From contig CAUYUJ010000320.1 in assembly GCA_963575745.1 (NCBI GenBank), positions 1 through 64,000 of the forward strand: a DNA stretch of 64,000 bases. The letters are read 5' to 3'. The DNA is from Prorocentrum cordatum (taxonomy: Eukaryota). The notes beneath the pieces were generated by a model, which saw only the letters and a program-made list of their open reading frames with translations, did not search any database and was not told the DNA's origin. The position numbers were made by a program, and so were the translations under genes. Of the stretch, positions 60,900-64,000 are shown one piece after another. Position 1 is the first letter of the stretch; every line of letters starts with the position of its first letter.

Positions 60900-63430
60900 A
60901 GACAACAGCTACAAGCTGAGGAAGAACGATGGGAGGAACTCACACCATGCGAATGGACAGGAAACCCCACGCCAGCGATCAGCAGTGAGGAGAATAAGGC
61001 AACAGCCCCGAAGGGTGGCGAAAGCCACCGGGCCGAGCCATCTACTCCTCGCGGAGGTATCACAACTATGGAGCAGGAGGACTGGGACCCCTTCGACGAG
61101 CTGGACGACCACCTGAGCATGGATGAGCACACCCATGAGTCACCACTGGAACCGACAGCTGAAGGGTCACCAAACGCAGAACAACTACTTGAGCAGCTCG
61201 GAGGCGAATCAGAAGGTGAGGGGGAGACTCAGAAGAGGCAGAACAACAAAAACCCGTTTTCCAAGAAGTCGGGCACCCAACTACCTACTACGTGTATGGA
61301 TGATCTCTGTGTATGCGTCTCACAGCTACCACATCAGCAAGCAGCACTACGCAGCAACCCGCCCAATAACATCATGGAGAGCGCAGCTTTCCAGGCCACG
61401 GCCGACGAGGCCGTGAAACTGGGACACGATTGCGCGAAGCTCGTGCAGGACATGGAGAACTTCTACTGCGCGGCATACAGCATCCCGCTCAAGGAAAGAA
61501 AGGTGTTCAAGGGCAGGGGGCTGCCGAGAGAGCTGACGGAGAAGGAGCAAAAGGCAAGAGGGCCCAGATATGCGAGGTACGCAGACCACCAAGCGGATTG
61601 GTGGAACAGGACGGCGAACACGCTGAACATCTTGGAGCAGTTCAAGAATAGAAACAGAGGCAGAGATATGTAAGACAACGCAGTCAGGACATGCAGACTT
61701 CTCGCAGTCGAAGGACTGCCGCCTCTGGGACACAACACCTCGCCAACGGCAAGGCTGCACACGAAGATATGGACAACGATATTGCGTACCATCGACAAGC
61801 AAGAGGTGGACATCATAGAAGGCATGCGCATACAGGCTGAGCAGCAAGCACACAGAACAATCAAGGAGGATAGTGCAAGGGGAAGGAAGGCAGGCACCAA
61901 GTGGCTCACTCACGGAAACGGCTAAGGAGTCACCAGGAAAGATGCACAACGTCACGAAAGACGTCAAGCGCTACGAGAAGGAAGTGCGGCACCAGACGGA
62001 CAAGCGCCACACATCAATTGGCAAGCTTAACACCAAGCTGGGGATATTCGAGGACATCTGGGGCAAGGGCCACAGCGAAGAGGACGTCGCGCTCCTCCGT
62101 GGCCTGCGACAGGCAGCGGCCGCGACACCCACGCCGAGATGGACACTGGAGCAGGTGGACCAGGCCATACAAGGAGCACCCGACAAGGGCAAGGGAGCAT
62201 ACCAGATGCGCATGTCGGACTTGAGGAGGCCCCCACCACAGGGCAGAGCCAGCTTCGTTTACATGTGCGACGGATGTGAGGAGGCGATCGCTTGGCCATG
62301 GCAGGTATTGGTGGCGATCATAATGCTCGAGCCGAAAGGTGACAGCCAATGCCGCCATGCGATCAGCACGGGTGGAGACAGAGCACTGGCGCTACTCAGT
62401 CGGTTTGGGCGCTGTTGGGAAGTGCGGAAACGGGCAATGCAGGTCAAGATGCCCAGGAACGCGGCGTTGCCTGGGCAGGGCTGTTTGAGAGAGGCCATGC
62501 TGGAGATCATCGGCGACGAGTCCGCGGACGCGCTGGGGGCGACCACAGCGGGGGCGCTCATCGACGCCGAGAGATTCCACCGCAGCGCCGGGTTCGGCTT
62601 CGCGGCAAAGGCAGCCCAGTACTACAACTTCCCACCGCGGATCCCGGCTATGGCGATGCTCCAGCACATGACACCGCGAACGCTCGGACAGGAGGCCTGC
62701 TACAGCCAGCGCACGCCGGCCAGCAAGTCCCCGCTTGCAGGCTCGCGCCGCAGCAGCAACCTGGCGAGGGCCCTGGTATGCATCGCGATCAACCGACACC
62801 TGAACGACGAGCCCAGCTCCAACCCGCGGATCTGGTTCGACGACATCAGCCTGGGAGCGACGGGGGGCACAGCATCGACGGAAAAAGGACATCGCCATGC
62901 ACGTCGCCTCGCTAACGGAGCAGCTGGAAAGACGGAGCAGCTGGAAAGAAGCAACCTGACGATAGCAGATAAGTCGGCGGTGTTCGTCCCCGCGGCAAAG
63001 AGCACAGCCAACATCGCGAGGGGGCTCGCCGAGAGGAAAATCAAGGTTAAGCCAGTCACAGAAGGACGCGACCTAGGGCTTCACAGAACAGCTCGCCTAA
63101 TCATGGCAGGGAAGAGCGAGCAAGGCAGGAAGACGCTTCAACATGACCGGCCGCGAGATGAGGCAGTTGAACACCAAGCAGACTAAAGGCATAGTAGAGC
63201 AAGGAGCCATGGCGTCATTGCTCTACGGATGCAGAGCATGCGGAAGCTCACCATCGGAGCTGAAGAACATCAGGAGGCAGTGCATGCGGTAAGGCAACGC
63301 GGAGAACCTGGACGGGGAGGTGCGTGTGCACGCTGCTCGCACTTGAGGGCAGCGGTCCAGTACGGACAGCACTGCGAGCCCAGCCCCAGGGCCGGCTATC
63401 GCGTTTAGTCGGGCCTGTCCCCACACAGGC
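60900..63430 (+). pseudogene. Decayed LINE reverse transcriptase region
   Basis: WPWQ..MLEPK..GGDRALAL, LIDAERFH, PLAGS, IWFDDI; stops and substitutions. Confidence 0.7.
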
Positions 63431-63545
63431 GGAATTTGGACGAACAAATTGTGAAACAAAGCAAAAGCTATCCCCAAAGCCTCAAACATACCCAGAACAA
63501 ATCGTCCCCAGACTATTTTTTTACAATCTTTGAGTATTCCTCCTG

Positions 63546-63790
63546 TAGAGGCCTCCTAGATGGGGTCGGAGTAGATGGGGTCGGAGGATCTCGCCGCATC
63601 GCTGATACATCGGCGATGCATCGCCGATGCATCGGCGATGCATCGGCGATGCACTGGAGACGTCGGCGATGCATCGGCGACGTCGGCGTGGATGAAATTG
63701 GGCCCCAAATCGAGCCGCATCGCCGATGCATCGGCGATGCCGCGCGATCCTCCGACCCCATCTACTCCGACCCCATCTAGGAGGCCTAGA
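63546..63790. mobile_element. Second copy of the TAGAGGCC MITE with 5-bp TSD TCCTG
   Basis: Long TIRs; TCCTG at 63541-63545 and 63791-63795. Confidence 0.85.
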
Positions 63791-64000
63791 TCCTGTGGGA
63801 CGACAGGCCCGACGTAAGGCGATGGCCTCGCCCCGAGCCGCCGCTGTCGACGGCCCCGCGCGCGGCCCCGCGAGGGGCCCCGGAGGCCGAAGCAGGCGGC
63901 AAAAGAGAAAGCCCGCCTCGAATTTTGCTCGAGAGGCGCCAGAGGTCCCCAGACCTCCTGGCGTCGTGAAAAAATCACGACGGGAGGTTTTCCGTTATTT

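Overview
GC-rich, microsatellite-dense eukaryotic DNA. It is almost certainly dinoflagellate: it has a perfect 22-nt DinoSL spliced leader, several relict SLs, and GA/GC splice donors. Most ORFs in the track are repeat artefacts. What the sequence supports: (1) A long minus-strand multi-exon host gene (at least 13.4-34.5 kb, perhaps 5.8-58 kb) whose exons join in frame as formin FH2 + parvulin-type PPIase + NACHT NTPase + winged helix + start of LRRs; its introns are full of MITE/introner-like repeats. (2) A near-intact plus-strand LINE (6957-13250; ORF1 Zn finger, ORF2 APE-RT-RNase H) that starts exactly with the spliced leader and sits in a (CCT)n tract. (3) Decayed LINE pieces, one with a C5-methyltransferase domain. 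(4) The main find: a candidate 21.2-kb giant DNA transposon (35758-56950) with ~48-bp TIRs (CCCAGAGGTC...) and a 2-bp GT target duplication. It carries six co-oriented genes: a CMC/Plavaka-like DDE transposase, a 4-exon C5 DNA-methyltransferase-like gene lacking the catalytic Cys, and four orphans. They are interleaved with 11-bp satellite arrays, and three are preceded by relict spliced leaders. All gene models and domain calls were made by eye and need HMM and RNA-seq confirmation.
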